A DNA stretch of 64,000 nt from Paramoeba atlantica. Lineage: Eukaryota; Protista; Discosea. The notes beneath the pieces are model-generated. The model saw only the letters and a program-made list of their open reading frames with translations, was not told where the DNA came from and did not search any database. The position numbers and the translations under genes were made by a program. The DNA lies in the NCBI GenBank assembly GCA_977017575.1, contig CDRNVI010000050.1:41506-105505 (forward strand). Reading direction: 5' to 3'. Within the stretch, counting starts at the first letter, position 1; each line of letters opens with the position of its first letter. Below, one piece after another: positions 34,107 through 46,500 of the stretch.

Positions 34107-35929
34107 TTAGAATTGATAAGACAAATCGGTAAGCCGATTTGCTTTTTCCATGGCCGGAAATTTAGGCCTATGGTAACCTGAATTCAGGTGTGTTCCTGGG
34201 CGATCTGTGCCCATGCCAGGGAGCACTCGAATATCACCGAAGCATTGTGCCCTGGATATTGCTACTGTGAGCTTGGCGAGTCCTCAACCACGTCCTATCA
34301 TTCAAGTCAAGAATAACACCTTTCTTCACGGTGATACCTTGTACTTTGTGATACGTATAGGCAAATCCCAATTCCACTTAAAAGTTTCCTTGGGTTGTCT
34401 TGTCATGGTGCTGCGCCTTTTTGGCGTAAAACTCTACTCCTGACCCCTTCTCAATGCATTGCATAAAAGAAGGGGCTTTTCTTAGATAACGAACACAATC
34501 AATAGTGTCGTATGACAAATCGTCTGACACAAGATCTTTCATTTCAATCACGGTCCCATTCGCAATTTTCAATGTATAAGGAGCAATGTTCTCCGTGATT
34601 ACAACGGGTGCTCCTTTTACAAATACAGAAAATGCTTCAGGGTGTGTGTCAATGAGTTTACCTTGGACGTTATCGCCTGTCCATGCAAACAATGGGCAAT
34701 TGTGACGTCTGGCAAAAATTCTTGCCATTGCGACATTAATCTTGTGTCGTTCAATATTTGTTCCAACAATGACAATTGCATTGCGGAACTTTTCTTGGTC
34801 CTCAGAGGTCAGAGGTTTTACCAATTGGATGAACTTCAACCCCTCATTCGGAGTTTTTCGAACAAGACGCAAGATATCTGAAAATACAGTATCTTGTCGT
34901 GCTCGCATTTGCTGTTTGAGTTCAAACACATGCGAGACTTGAAAAATATTCCCAAAAATGGGATTATTACCAGGAGGACTATCTTCTATGGTAAGAGATG
35001 CTCCTTGTACTGGTCGCAGCTGATAAAAATCTCCCAAAAAGAGCATGTTGATGCCTCCATAGGGGAGCTGCTCATTGCCTTTGATTTGCTGCAATCTAGT
35101 GTTGATACAAGCAAGGAAACACTTGCTGATCATTGACACTTCGTCGACTATGATTAATCGACATTTCTCATACCTTTAGAAGCCTACTGCTTGAAAGATG
35201 TTTCAAATTTCTTGCAGTAGCCCCTATCGGTATGCAGAGTGAAGCGTGTATTGTGCAACAGTGCAGTACTGATGCGGCGATCCCATTGGGCGCCATTGTA
35301 ATACATTGGCTTCCCAGTTCTTGCATTATAAAACGGGAAGCTAGACTTTTCCCGGTTCCGGGGCCACCGAGCAGAAACATACATTTCCGCTCGCGGTCTA
35401 GTTTCCCGTTTAGTAAATTTTCAATTTGATTTACGCACTGTTTCTGTGCTTAGTTCAGTTCAATGGAACTGTTGACTTCTTGAATGTAGCTGCGATCGAA
35501 CGTAATCTCGTCGTATTACTGCGAGCCAGCGGACGATCCTCATTAAAATGAGCTCTGTCCATTGGTGCACTTGGCTCAGATTGAGCCGAAGTTGCAAGTC
35601 GCTCGTTTTGAATCATTTCAGCATAGCGCTCTCTCGCATTTATGACTGAAATATTGGACCTCGTCCTTGTCATCGTCGATGCAAGATCAACATTTTCTTC
35701 AGGGGAGTTCTCAGTAGAACTTCCTAACGCGGCCGTTAAAGTTCACGTTTGTAGTTCGCAGTATGCATTCTGCTGAACCAATCGCTCTTCATTGACCACT
35801 GCAGTGTTCTGCTGTGCTTCAAGAGCATCTTGAAGATGAGGTTCAACCTCTCGGACTTCAAGCTCATTTTCGTACACAATGTTGCGTGCTAATCTTGCTT
35901 CTTCTAGATGGCAAGCATCTTTGCGTTAT
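34107..35929 (-). pseudogene. Helitron PIF1-family helicase, frameshifted
   Basis: GGPGTGKS (I), MAPNGIAA (Ia), IIVDEVSM (II), GDFYQLRPV (III), FAYTYHKVQGITV (V), LTVAISRA (VI), spread over several frames. Confidence 0.9.
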
Positions 35930-35976
35930 ACAAATCTGCCTATCCTATCCTATCCTATAAGACCGATTTGCATCGG

Positions 35977-38900
35977 TTAAGAACACATCCGTTTTTGTCG
36001 TCGCTTCGACGTCTTTCTCTCAGGTGAATTCGCCCTTTCATGCTCCTTGTCCGCTGAACCGGGCGTGGTACGTCTTTCATGCAACTTTGTATTTTTGGCA
36101 TCACATTCCTCAGGCAAACACTCTTTCTTTTCAGGAGAATCCACTCCAGTCTCTACAGGTGGCGAGGTACCCTTTTTGGAGAGAGGATCACCTTCTGCAA
36201 TCTTGAAGTAATCCCGTCTTTTCCCTAATGGCTTAGGTATTTGGCCACAGTGTTTCCGAGGACGATTCATGGCTTGAACGGTTTCTGAGCTAACCCTTTG
36301 AGCTTCTGAGGCACTTGTCGCAGTCTTTCTCCTCTTTATTTCTGAGGCTGGGACTATTTTTCTCGACCCTGCAAGCGCCAAGGTGTCTGCCTTCTCATTG
36401 TAAATGTTCCCGTTGTGGGATTTCACTTTGCACACGTAACACCTTTTATCCATCGATTGGAGCGTTCGAATTTCCCGATCCAATTTCTCAAGGATACCCC
36501 CATTCGGTAGATTGTGATACCCAATGATTCGCCGTCGTAGACGAGTATGATGGAAGAAATTCCATACATAGAACGAATCGGTGTGTATGACAACTGTTTG
36601 AGCCTCATTAGGTATCCTGTCCAGCGCTTCCCTCAGCGATTCAACCTCAGCTCTCTCAGCTGAGCCAGCATCCAATGCTATGGAATAGTATTTGTCTTCT
36701 GTTCCACTCATTCTCAGAACTATTCCCGCACCGGATCTTTGTTCCTTGGACCCCCGCAACTGCCGAACAGAGCCATCAATATACATATGAACCTCACCCT
36801 CACTCATGGGGAACGGATCCGAGCCTTCCTCCACAAATTGTAGCTCATAAGAGCTTTTGCTTTTGACCGCTTGAGTGTGTTTAGTTTTCCACCTTGGAGA
36901 CCTTAATACCTCATACATCGGAAGTGGTTCAAGTTTCTGCCTGAGCTCATCGCATAGCTTTTGCCAGTGTATCCGATCCTGCGAGTAAACAAGCGCCTGC
37001 TCCAGAGTGACCCCTAGATCATTAAAACTTGCTTCGCTAGGAGAAATATTTCTTGTTTTTTCCGTGCTATTCCATTGAACGAGCTCGCGAAACGTAGAGG
37101 AGTGCCTGAGCATGTGGCCAACGATTTTCGCACGGGCAACACGATGCACGGTCGAAAATCGAGGCGTACCACAATACAAGGACTCTAATGGGTAGCAGTG
37201 TCCGAAATCGTCAAGCTTTGCTGAGTTACAAGCGAATCTCCTCATCATATTTACCTCAACCTCCGTTTTTCGAAGCATTTTGTTAGAAAGAGAAAGACAG
37301 GCTGCACCAAACGTTAAAATAGGGTAGATCAAGCAGTCAAACAGGCGTATTTTCGTGGCAGCACTCAGAGGAGAAGCCCAAATGCCACTGAGTTTACGAA
37401 ATGCTGCCCATGTGAGCCTTAACCTGTCCTTGATGGGGGATGATGCTGTAGCATCTTGAAGATGACCAAGATGCCGGTAGGAATCCACAAGAGGAATCTT
37501 GCCAAGCGATCCTGCTCGAAGTTCTCGCGTCCCCCCCGGAACTTTCCCAAAGGCCATCCACGCAGTCTTGGTTTTCCCCACGGCAATCCTCAGATTAGCT
37601 GGTTTTGCCTCATTTGCCGTAGCTTCGATCATTTGCGATATTTCATGTTTCGTGGAAGCTAAAAGTGCTATGTCGTCTGCGTAGTCGATGTCCTTTAGTC
37701 TAAATTTTTGAATTCCCCTGCTTTTCGTCCCGCTGCTCCTTAGAAGAATCCCGAGCGGCTTGTTATCGAGTGCTTTGTTGAGAATCCTATCGATTACAAG
37801 CACAAAGAGATAAGGAGCAAGCACGTCCCCTTGAAGAATTCCTGTTTCAATGGGAAAAGAATCCGTATTTCCGTATGGTGTGCGGACTATTCCTTTTAAA
37901 TCCGAGTACAAGGACATTACCATCCTAGTAAGCGCGGGTCCGACATGAAAGGCATTCAATGCAGCACGGATCGCATGAAACGATACCGAGGGGAATGCTT
38001 TTGCGAAGTCCATGAATGCCACTGCAATGCCTTTCTGGCCCCTGGTCGCACGAACTCTTGCATCATTCAAAATGATTTGCGCCCCTGCCGTGGACCTTTC
38101 TGGCCGAAAACCAAATTGACTGTCGCGAAGGAGCGGCTCGATGGATGGTCTGATTCTTTTCAGGATCATTGCATTCATCAATTTAACCGCACTGTTCACG
38201 AGACAGATTGGCCGCCAATTCGCTATTTGTGTCAGGTCGCCTTTTTTTGGAATAGGCACCTGAAGGACAATTTTCCAGGACGCAGGCGAAACCCCTGTTC
38301 GATGAACCTCGTTTATAATATGTAATAAGGATTTTCTCAGCTCAGCATGTTCTGTGATCATTCTGAGTGCCTCCGCCGGAATTTGGTCTATTCCAGGTGC
38401 CTTGTTGCGCGCTAGTCTAATGATGCCGCCCTCGAGCTCTTCTACAGTGAAACTTTCATCGTTGATTGGTACTTTCGGGCTGACTACTTTGTCAAATTTT
38501 ATATCTTTATCTCCGCGATCATCGGACCCCATACGAGCAAAGAAATCTTTAACAATGTTAAGAGTTTCCCTTGTCGACGAGGTCTCGATGCAAAGAGTCT
38601 CCCTGTACAAACCGCAAATTCTACGTAGCGTACGCCACGGATTAGAACGGTTTCGCCGCAGACCTGCTTCAATTTCGGCGCATTCTTGCCCAATCTGCGC
38701 CTCAATTTCTTCTCCGTGCTCTTTTAGCACTTCCTTGAAGTGGTCCGGTTTTCGACTCTGAAGAAATAAGTCGCGAAACCCTGAGATGCGCGGTGTTTCT
38801 GTACCCGGTGGTGTGGTTTCTGTCCCTGTAGGTGCGTTGGTCGTTTTTGTGGTTCGGTCCTTTTTTGAGAGTCTTTTCGCTGTGTGTACCATATTTTCCG

Positions 38901-40569
38901 ATAAGTGTTCCCATGTGATCTCTTCCTCTTTCTTCGCCATTTCCCACACTGCTTGCTGGAAGGATGCCTTCTTCTCTTCATCTCCAAGTCTTGGCCAGGG
39001 TACCTTGCTTTGCCCCCCTGTACCTTTAGAACGCCACTTGATTTTCACATCCGCCATAACGACGCAGTGTACTGTAGGCACTGGCGCCTTGAGTACTTTG
39101 TGCCTCCTAATGCTGGAGGCAAAGCGCTCACTGACCATGATGTGGTCAAGCTGTCTCCGCACCTTGTTGTCCCCACGCCTTTTGCTACCTCCCTTTTTGC
39201 CGACCTCCCCTTTTACGTGCATGTACTCGCAGGCCTTGTCCCCATTTTCCTCTCCTTCCCTTCCCCTCTTCACCATACCGTTGTTATCCGTCCCCTCTGG
39301 CTCTGATCCTTTCCTTCCCATTTCCACCTTTCCTTCTTCCCCCTTCTGCCCCAGCTTCTCTGTTCCTACGTTGCGACGGTCCTTTGTCTCCGCCCTCCTG
39401 CCCGGCAGCTCACATGTCCATTTCCTCTTGCTCGGGCAGAGGGTGTGTGCTGACTTACAGCCAATGGAGCACAAGAGGCCTTTCAGCTGAGAGACCGCTG
39501 GGGGATCCATGCTCGGATTCGTCACGAGCGTTATCGGTGCATTGAAATCCCCCATGACCAATAAAGGTCTTCGTTTCCGTTCAGCCTTGACCTCACGACA
39601 CGCCTTGTCCAAGTCACCCAGAAATGCCGCATGAACGGCTTCTGAGGAGTCCCGTATTGGGGCATAGACATTGAACAAAGTGCCGGTCCCCTCTTCCAGG
39701 GGATACTCAGCTCCCATCACCCTGTTGCTCACCATCCAAACCTTCCGAAACGCATGCCGGCTCACTATGGCCATGCCATTATATGAATCGCGTGCGGCGG
39801 CCGACTGCAAATACAGGTGAAACCTCTCCCCTAGGTTTTCAACCTGCCTGTAGAGGATTCCATCCTCATGTCCTTCCTTCGAGAAATTGTATCTGGTCTC
39901 CTGAAGGCACATGACACCAACCCCCCTTACCTGCATGAAAGCAAGCACCTCGTTCAAACGGGTGCATCTTCGAAGAGAGAATTCATCTTCCCCCTCGAGT
40001 TTTAACGTCGTAACATTAAGCGTTGCAACGGTGGTGTTCTCCTTCACAGCGGAACCTTTGAGGTTCTCCGAATCTCGTTGGGCGTGTGTGCCACGCGACG
40101 CCCAGTGTGACCGAGGGCGGTGACGGGAGCTCCTTCGTTTCGCCTTTGCCGGGTTACTCACCTGCACCGCGCAGAGCACGACACCTGTATTCGGTAAGGG
40201 GGGAAAGGGGAGAGTCGTGTGCGGCCTCGCCACGTACCGAACACGAAATGTACCGGCCAAAGGTTCACCTCGAGTTACCGAGGATCCCCCCTGAGTATGC
40301 CAGCCTACGCTTTTCAGATAAGCCGGCCCCTCACACACGACCTCGCCCTCCCAAACAAACAAAGTGTCGCAACAGTTGTCGTGTCTCCACGCGACGCGAA
40401 GATGAGCCCCAACGCGGACAAACTTACAGAGCGCCCGCACCGCCCTCAGGCGGAGTTTAGCAGGCCCCTCTCGCTCGGGTGAACGAAAGATGACCCCCCG
40501 ACCACGCTTGGTCCGTGTAAGGGTTTCAAAAACCTCTGTCCCCTTACACGTGCCGGAAGCATCCGCCAT
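35977..40569 (-). CDS. Intact LINE polyprotein (1530 aa): unknown N-domain, APE endonuclease, reverse transcriptase, RNase H
   Basis: APE: LNVTTL, CLQETR, NVYAP, MGDFNA, QLDHIMVS. RT: NWRPICL, QFGFRPERST, DFAKAF, LQGDVLAP, YADD. RNH: YIDGS, AERAE, HTDS, SHNG...NEKADTLA. Confidence 0.95.
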   Translation of the reverse strand: MADASGTCKGTEVFETLTRTKRGRGVIFRSPEREGPAKLRLRAVRALCKFVRVGAHLRVAWRHDNCCDTLFVWEGEVVCEGPAYLKSVGWHTQGGSSVTRGEPLAGTFRVRYVARPHTTLPFPPLPNTGVVLCAVQVSNPAKAKRRSSRHRPRSHWASRGTHAQRDSENLKGSAVKENTTVATLNVTTLKLEGEDEFSLRRCTRLNEVLAFMQVRGVGVMCLQETRYNFSKEGHEDGILYRQVENLGERFHLYLQSAAARDSYNGMAIVSRHAFRKVWMVSNRVMGAEYPLEEGTGTLFNVYAPIRDSSEAVHAAFLGDLDKACREVKAERKRRPLLVMGDFNAPITLVTNPSMDPPAVSQLKGLLCSIGCKSAHTLCPSKRKWTCELPGRRAETKDRRNVGTEKLGQKGEEGKVEMGRKGSEPEGTDNNGMVKRGREGEENGDKACEYMHVKGEVGKKGGSKRRGDNKVRRQLDHIMVSERFASSIRRHKVLKAPVPTVHCVVMADVKIKWRSKGTGGQSKVPWPRLGDEEKKASFQQAVWEMAKKEEEITWEHLSENMVHTAKRLSKKDRTTKTTNAPTGTETTPPGTETPRISGFRDLFLQSRKPDHFKEVLKEHGEEIEAQIGQECAEIEAGLRRNRSNPWRTLRRICGLYRETLCIETSSTRETLNIVKDFFARMGSDDRGDKDIKFDKVVSPKVPINDESFTVEELEGGIIRLARNKAPGIDQIPAEALRMITEHAELRKSLLHIINEVHRTGVSPASWKIVLQVPIPKKGDLTQIANWRPICLVNSAVKLMNAMILKRIRPSIEPLLRDSQFGFRPERSTAGAQIILNDARVRATRGQKGIAVAFMDFAKAFPSVSFHAIRAALNAFHVGPALTRMVMSLYSDLKGIVRTPYGNTDSFPIETGILQGDVLAPYLFVLVIDRILNKALDNKPLGILLRSSGTKSRGIQKFRLKDIDYADDIALLASTKHEISQMIEATANEAKPANLRIAVGKTKTAWMAFGKVPGGTRELRAGSLGKIPLVDSYRHLGHLQDATASSPIKDRLRLTWAAFRKLSGIWASPLSAATKIRLFDCLIYPILTFGAACLSLSNKMLRKTEVEVNMMRRFACNSAKLDDFGHCYPLESLYCGTPRFSTVHRVARAKIVGHMLRHSSTFRELVQWNSTEKTRNISPSEASFNDLGVTLEQALVYSQDRIHWQKLCDELRQKLEPLPMYEVLRSPRWKTKHTQAVKSKSSYELQFVEEGSDPFPMSEGEVHMYIDGSVRQLRGSKEQRSGAGIVLRMSGTEDKYYSIALDAGSAERAEVESLREALDRIPNEAQTVVIHTDSFYVWNFFHHTRLRRRIIGYHNLPNGGILEKLDREIRTLQSMDKRCYVCKVKSHNGNIYNEKADTLALAGSRKIVPASEIKRRKTATSASEAQRVSSETVQAMNRPRKHCGQIPKPLGKRRDYFKIAEGDPLSKKGTSPPVETGVDSPEKKECLPEECDAKNTKLHERRTTPGSADKEHERANSPERKTSKRRQKRMCS

Positions 40570-40584
40570 GTTTTTATAATTAGA

Positions 40585-43500
40585 TTACAAAAAACGATGG
40601 TCTTACAAAAAACGATGGTCTTACAAAAAACGATGGTCTTACAAAAAACGATGGTCTTACAAAAAACGATGGTCTTACAAAAAACGATGGTCTTACAAAA
40701 AACGATGGTCTTACAAAAAACGATGGTCTTACAAAAAACGATGGTCTTACAAAAAACGATGGTCTTACAAAAAACGATGGTCTTACAAAAAACGATGGTC
40801 TTACAAAAAACGATGGTCTTACAAAAAACGATGGTCTTACAAAAAACGATGGTCTTACGAAAAACGATGGTCTTACAAAAAACGATGGTCTTACAAAAAA
40901 CGATGGTCTTACAAAAAACGATGGTCTTACAAAAAACGATGGTCTTACAAAAAACGATGGTCTTACAAAAAACGATGGTCTTACAAAAAACGATGGTCTT
41001 ACAAAAAACGATGGTCTTACAAAAAACGATGGTCTTACAAAAAACGATGGTCTTACAAAAAACGATGGTCTTACAAAAAACGATGGTCTTACAAAAAACG
41101 ATGGTCTTACAAAAAACGATGGTCTTACAAAAAACGATGGTCTTACGAAAAACGATGGTCTTACAAAAAACGATGGTCTTACAAAAAACGATGGTCTTAC
41201 AAAAAACGATGGTCTTACAAAAAACGATGGTCTTACAAAAAACGATGGTCTTACAAAAAACGATGGTCTTACAAAAAACGATGGTCTTACAAAAAACGAT
41301 GGTCTTACAAAAAACGATGGTCTTACAAAAAACGATGGTCTTACAAAAAACGATGGTCTTACAAAAAACGATGGTCTTACAAAAAACGATGGTCTTACAA
41401 AAAACGATGGTCTTACAAAAAACGATGGTCTTACAAAAAACGATGGTCTTACAAAAAACGATGGTCTTACAAAAAACGATGGTCTTACAAAAAACGATGG
41501 TCTTACAAAAAACGATGGTCTTACAAAAAACGATGGTCTTACGAAAAACGATGGTCTTACAAAAAACGATGGTCTTACAAAAAACGATGGTCTTACAAAA
41601 AACGATGGTCTTACAAAAAACGATGGTCTTACAAAAAACGATGGTCTTACAAAAAACGATGGTCTTACAAAAAACGATGGTCTTACAAAAAACGATGGTC
41701 TTACAAAAAACGATGGTCTTACAAAAAACGATGGTCTTACAAAAAACGATGGTCTTACAAAAAACGATGGTCTTACAAAAAACGATGGTCTTACAAAAAA
41801 CGATGGTCTTACAAAAAACGATGGTCTTACGAAAAACGATGGTCTTACAAAAAACGATGGTCTTACAAAAAACGATGGTCTTACAAAAAACGATGGTCTT
41901 ACAAAAAACGATGGTCTTACAAAAAACGATGGTCTTACAAAAAACGATGGTCTTACAAAAAACGATGGTCTTACAAAAAACGATGGTCTTACAAAAAACG
42001 ATGGTCTTACAAAAAACGATGGTCTTACAAAAAACGATGGTCTTACAAAAAACGATGGTCTTACAAAAAACGATGGTCTTACAAAAAACGATGGTCTTAC
42101 AAAAAACGATGGTCTTACAAAAAACGATGGTCTTACAAAAAACGATGGTCTTACAAAAAACGATGGTCTTACAAAAAACGATGGTCTTACAAAAAACGAT
42201 GGTCTTACAAAAAACGATGGTCTTACAAAAAACGATGGTCTTACAAAAAACGATGGTCTTACAAAAAACGATGGTCTTACAAAAAACGATGGTCTTACAA
42301 AAAACGATGGTCTTACAAAAAACGATGGTCTTACAAAAAACGATGGTCTTACAAAAAACGATGGTCTTACAAAAAACGATGGTCTTACAAAAAACGATGG
42401 TCTTACAAAAAACGATGGTCTTACAAAAAACGATGGTCTTACAAAAAACGCTGATCTTACGAAAAACGATGGTCTTACGAAAAACGATGGTCTTACAAAA
42501 AACGATGGTCTTACAAAAAACGATGGTCTTACAAAAAACGATGGTCTTACAAAAAACGATGGTCTTACAAAAAACGATGGTCTTACGAAAAACGATGGTC
42601 TTACAAAGAACGATGGTCTTACAAAAAACGATGGTCTTACAAAAAACGATGGTCTTACAAAAAACGATGGTCTTACAAAAAACGATGGTCTTACAAAAAA
42701 CGATGGTCTTACAAAAAACGATGGTCTTACAAAAAACGATGGTCTTACAAAAAACGATGGTCTTACAAAAAACGATGGTCTTACAAAAAACGATGGTCTT
42801 ACAAAAAACGATGGTCTTACAAAAAACGATGGTCTTACAAAAAACGATGGTCTTACAAAAAACGATGGTCTTACAAAAAACGATGGTCTTACAAAAAACG
42901 ATGGTCTTACAAAAAACGATGGTCTTACAAAAAACGATGGTCTTACAAAAAACGATGGTCTTACAAAAAACGATGGTCTTACAAAAAACGATGGTCTTAC
43001 AAAAAACGATGGTCCTACAAAAAACGATGGTCTTACAAAAAACGATGGTCTTACAAAAAACGATGGTCTTACAAAAAACGATGGTCTTACAAAAAACGAT
43101 GGTCTTACAAAAAACGATGGTCTTACAAAAAACGATGGTCTTACAAAAAACGATGGTCTTACAAAAAACGATGGTCTTACAAAAAACGATGGTCTTACAA
43201 AAAACGATGGTCTTACAAAAAACGATGGTCTTACAAAAAACGATGGTCTTACAAAAAACGATGGTCTTACAAAAAACGATGGTCTTACAAAAAACGATGA
43301 TCTTACAAAAAACGATGGTCTTACAAAAAACGATGGTCTTACAAAAAACGATGGTCTTACAAAAAACGATGGTCTTACAAAAAACGATGGTCTTACAAAA
43401 AACGATGGTCTTACAAAAAACGATGGTCTTACAAAAAACGATGGTCTTACAAAAAACGATGGTCTTACAAAAAACGATGGTCTTACAAAAAACGATGGTC

Positions 43501-46500
43501 TTACAAAAAACGATGGTCTTACAAAAAACGATGGTCTTACAAAAAACGATGGTCTTACAAAAAACGATGGTCTTACAAAAAACGATGGTCTTACAAAAAA
43601 CGATGGTCTTAAAAAAACGATGGTCCTACAAAAAACGATGGTCTTACAAAAAACGATGGTCTTACAAAAAACGATGGTCTTACAAAAAACGATGGTCTTA
43701 CAAAAAACGATGGTCTTACAAAAAACGATGGTCTTACAAAAAACGATGGTCTTACAAAAAACGATGGTCTTACAAAAAACGATGGTCTTACAAAAAACGA
43801 TGGTCTTACAAAAAACGATGGTCTTACAAAAAACGATGGTCTTACAAAAAACGATGGTCTTACAAAAAACGATGGTCTTACAAAAAACGATGGTCTTACA
43901 AAAAACGATGGTCTTACAAAAAACGATGGTCTTACAAAAAACGATGGTCTTACAAAAAACGATGGTCTTACAAAAAACGATGGTCTTACAAAAAACGATG
44001 GTCTTACAAAAAACGATGGTCTTACAAAAAACGATGGTCTTACAAAAAACGATGGTCTTACAAAAAACGATGGTCTTACAAAAAACGATGGTCTTACAAA
44101 AAACGATGGTCTTAAAAAAACGATGGTCCTACAAAAAACGATGGTCTTACAAAAAACGATGGTCTTACAAAAAACGATGGTCTTACAAAAAACGATGGTC
44201 TTACAAAAAACGATGGTCTTACAAAAAACGATGGTCTTACAAAAAACGATGGTCTTACAAAAAACGATGGTCTTACAAAAAACGATGGTCTTACAAAAAA
44301 CGATGGTCTTACAAAAAACGATGGTCTTACAAAAAACGATGGTCTTACAAAAAACGATGGTCTTACAAAAAACGATGGTCTTACAAAAAACGATGGTCTT
44401 ACAAAAAACGATGGTCTTACAAAAAACGATGGTCTCACAAAAAACGATGGTCTTACAAAAAACGATGGTCTTACAAAAAACGATGGTCTTACAAAAAACG
44501 ATGGTCTTACAAAAAACGATGGTCTTACAAAAAACGATGGTCTTACAAAAAACGATGGTCTTACAAAAAACGATGGTCTTACAAAAAACGATGGTCTTAC
44601 AAAAAACGATGGTCTTACAAAAAACGATGGTCTTACAAAAAACGATGGTCTTACAAAAAACGATGGTCTTACAAAAAACGATGGTCTTACAAAAAACGAT
44701 GGTCTTACAAAAAACGATGGTCTTACAAAAAACGATGGTCTTACAAAAAACGATGGTCTTACAAAAAACGATGGTCTTACAAAAAACGATGGTCTTACAA
44801 AAAACGATGGTCTTACAAAAAACGATGGTCTTACAAAAAACGATGGTCTTACAAAAAACGATGGTCTTACAAAAAACGATGGTCTTAAAAAAACGATGGT
44901 CCTACAAAAAACGATGGTCTTACAAAAAACGATGGTCTTACAAAAAACGATGGTCTTACAAAAAACGATGGTCTTACAAAAAACGATGGTCTTACAAAAA
45001 ACGATGGTCTTACAAAAAACGATGGTCTTACAAAAAACGATGGTCTTACAAAAAACGATGGTCTTACAAAAAACGATGGTCTTACAAAAAACGATGGTCT
45101 TACAAAAAACGATGGTCTTACAAAAAACGATGGTCTTACAAAAAACGATGGTCTTACAAAAAACGATGGTCTTACAAAAAACGATGGTCTTACAAAAAAC
45201 GATGGTCTTACAAAAAACGATGGTCTTACAAAAAACGATGGTCTTACAAAAAACGATGGTCTTACAAAAAACGATGGTCTTACAAAAAACGATGGTCTTA
45301 CAAAAAACGATGGTCTTACAAAAAACGATGGTCTTACAAAAAACGATGGTCTTACAAAAAACGATGGTCTTACAAAAAACGATGGTCTTAAAAAAACGAT
45401 GGTCCTACAAAAAACGATGGTCTTACAAAAAACGATGGTCTTACAAAAAACGATGGTCTTACAAAAAACGATGGTCTTACAAAAAACGATGGTCTTACAA
45501 AAAACGATGGTCTTACAAAAAACGATGGTCTTACAAAAAACGATGGTCTTACAAAAAACGATGGTCTTACAAAAAACGATGGTCTTACAAAAAACGATGG
45601 TCTTACAAAAAACGATGGTCTTACAAAAAACGATGGTCTTACAAAAAACGATGGTCTTACAAAAAACGATGGTCTTACAAAAAACGATGGTCTTACAAAA
45701 AACGATGGTCTCACAAAAAACGATGGTCTTACAAAAAACGATGGTCTTACAAAAAACGATGGTCTTACAAAAAACGATGGTCTTACAAAAAACGATGGTC
45801 TTACAAAAAACGATGGTCTTACAAAAAACGATGGTCTTACAAAAAACGATGGTCTTACAAAAAACGATGGTCTTACAAAAAACGATGGTCTTACAAAAAA
45901 CGATGGTCTTACAAAAAACGATGGTCTTACAAAAAACGATGGTCTTACAAAAAACGATGGTCTTACAAAAAACGATGGTCTTACAAAAAACGATGGTCTT
46001 ACAAAAAACGATGGTCTTACAAAAAACGATGGTCTTACAAAAAACGATGGTCTTACAAAAAACGATGGTCTTACAAAAAACGATGGTCTTACAAAAAACG
46101 ATGGTCTTACGAAAAACGATGGTCTTACAAAAAACGATGGTCTTACAAAAAACGATGGTCTTACAAAAAACGATGGTCTTACAAAAAACGATGGTCTTAC
46201 AAAAAACGATGGTCTTACAAAAAACGATGGTCTTACAAAAAACGATGGTCTTACAAAAAACGATGGTCTTACAAAAAACGATGGTCTTACAAAAAACGAT
46301 GGTCTTACAAAAAACGATGGTCTTACAAAAAACGATGGTCTTACAAAAAGCGATGGTCTTACAAAAAACGATGGTCTTACAAAAAACGATGGTCTTACAA
46401 AAAACGATGGTCTTACAAAAAACGATGGTCTTACAAAAAACGATGGTCTTACAAAAAACGATGGTCTTACAAAAAACGATGGTCTTACAAAAAACGATGG

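Noticed and set aside
35957-35963. 7-nt complementarity (GGTCTTA) between the LINE 3' UTR and the array unit
   Set aside because: Too short to distinguish from chance.
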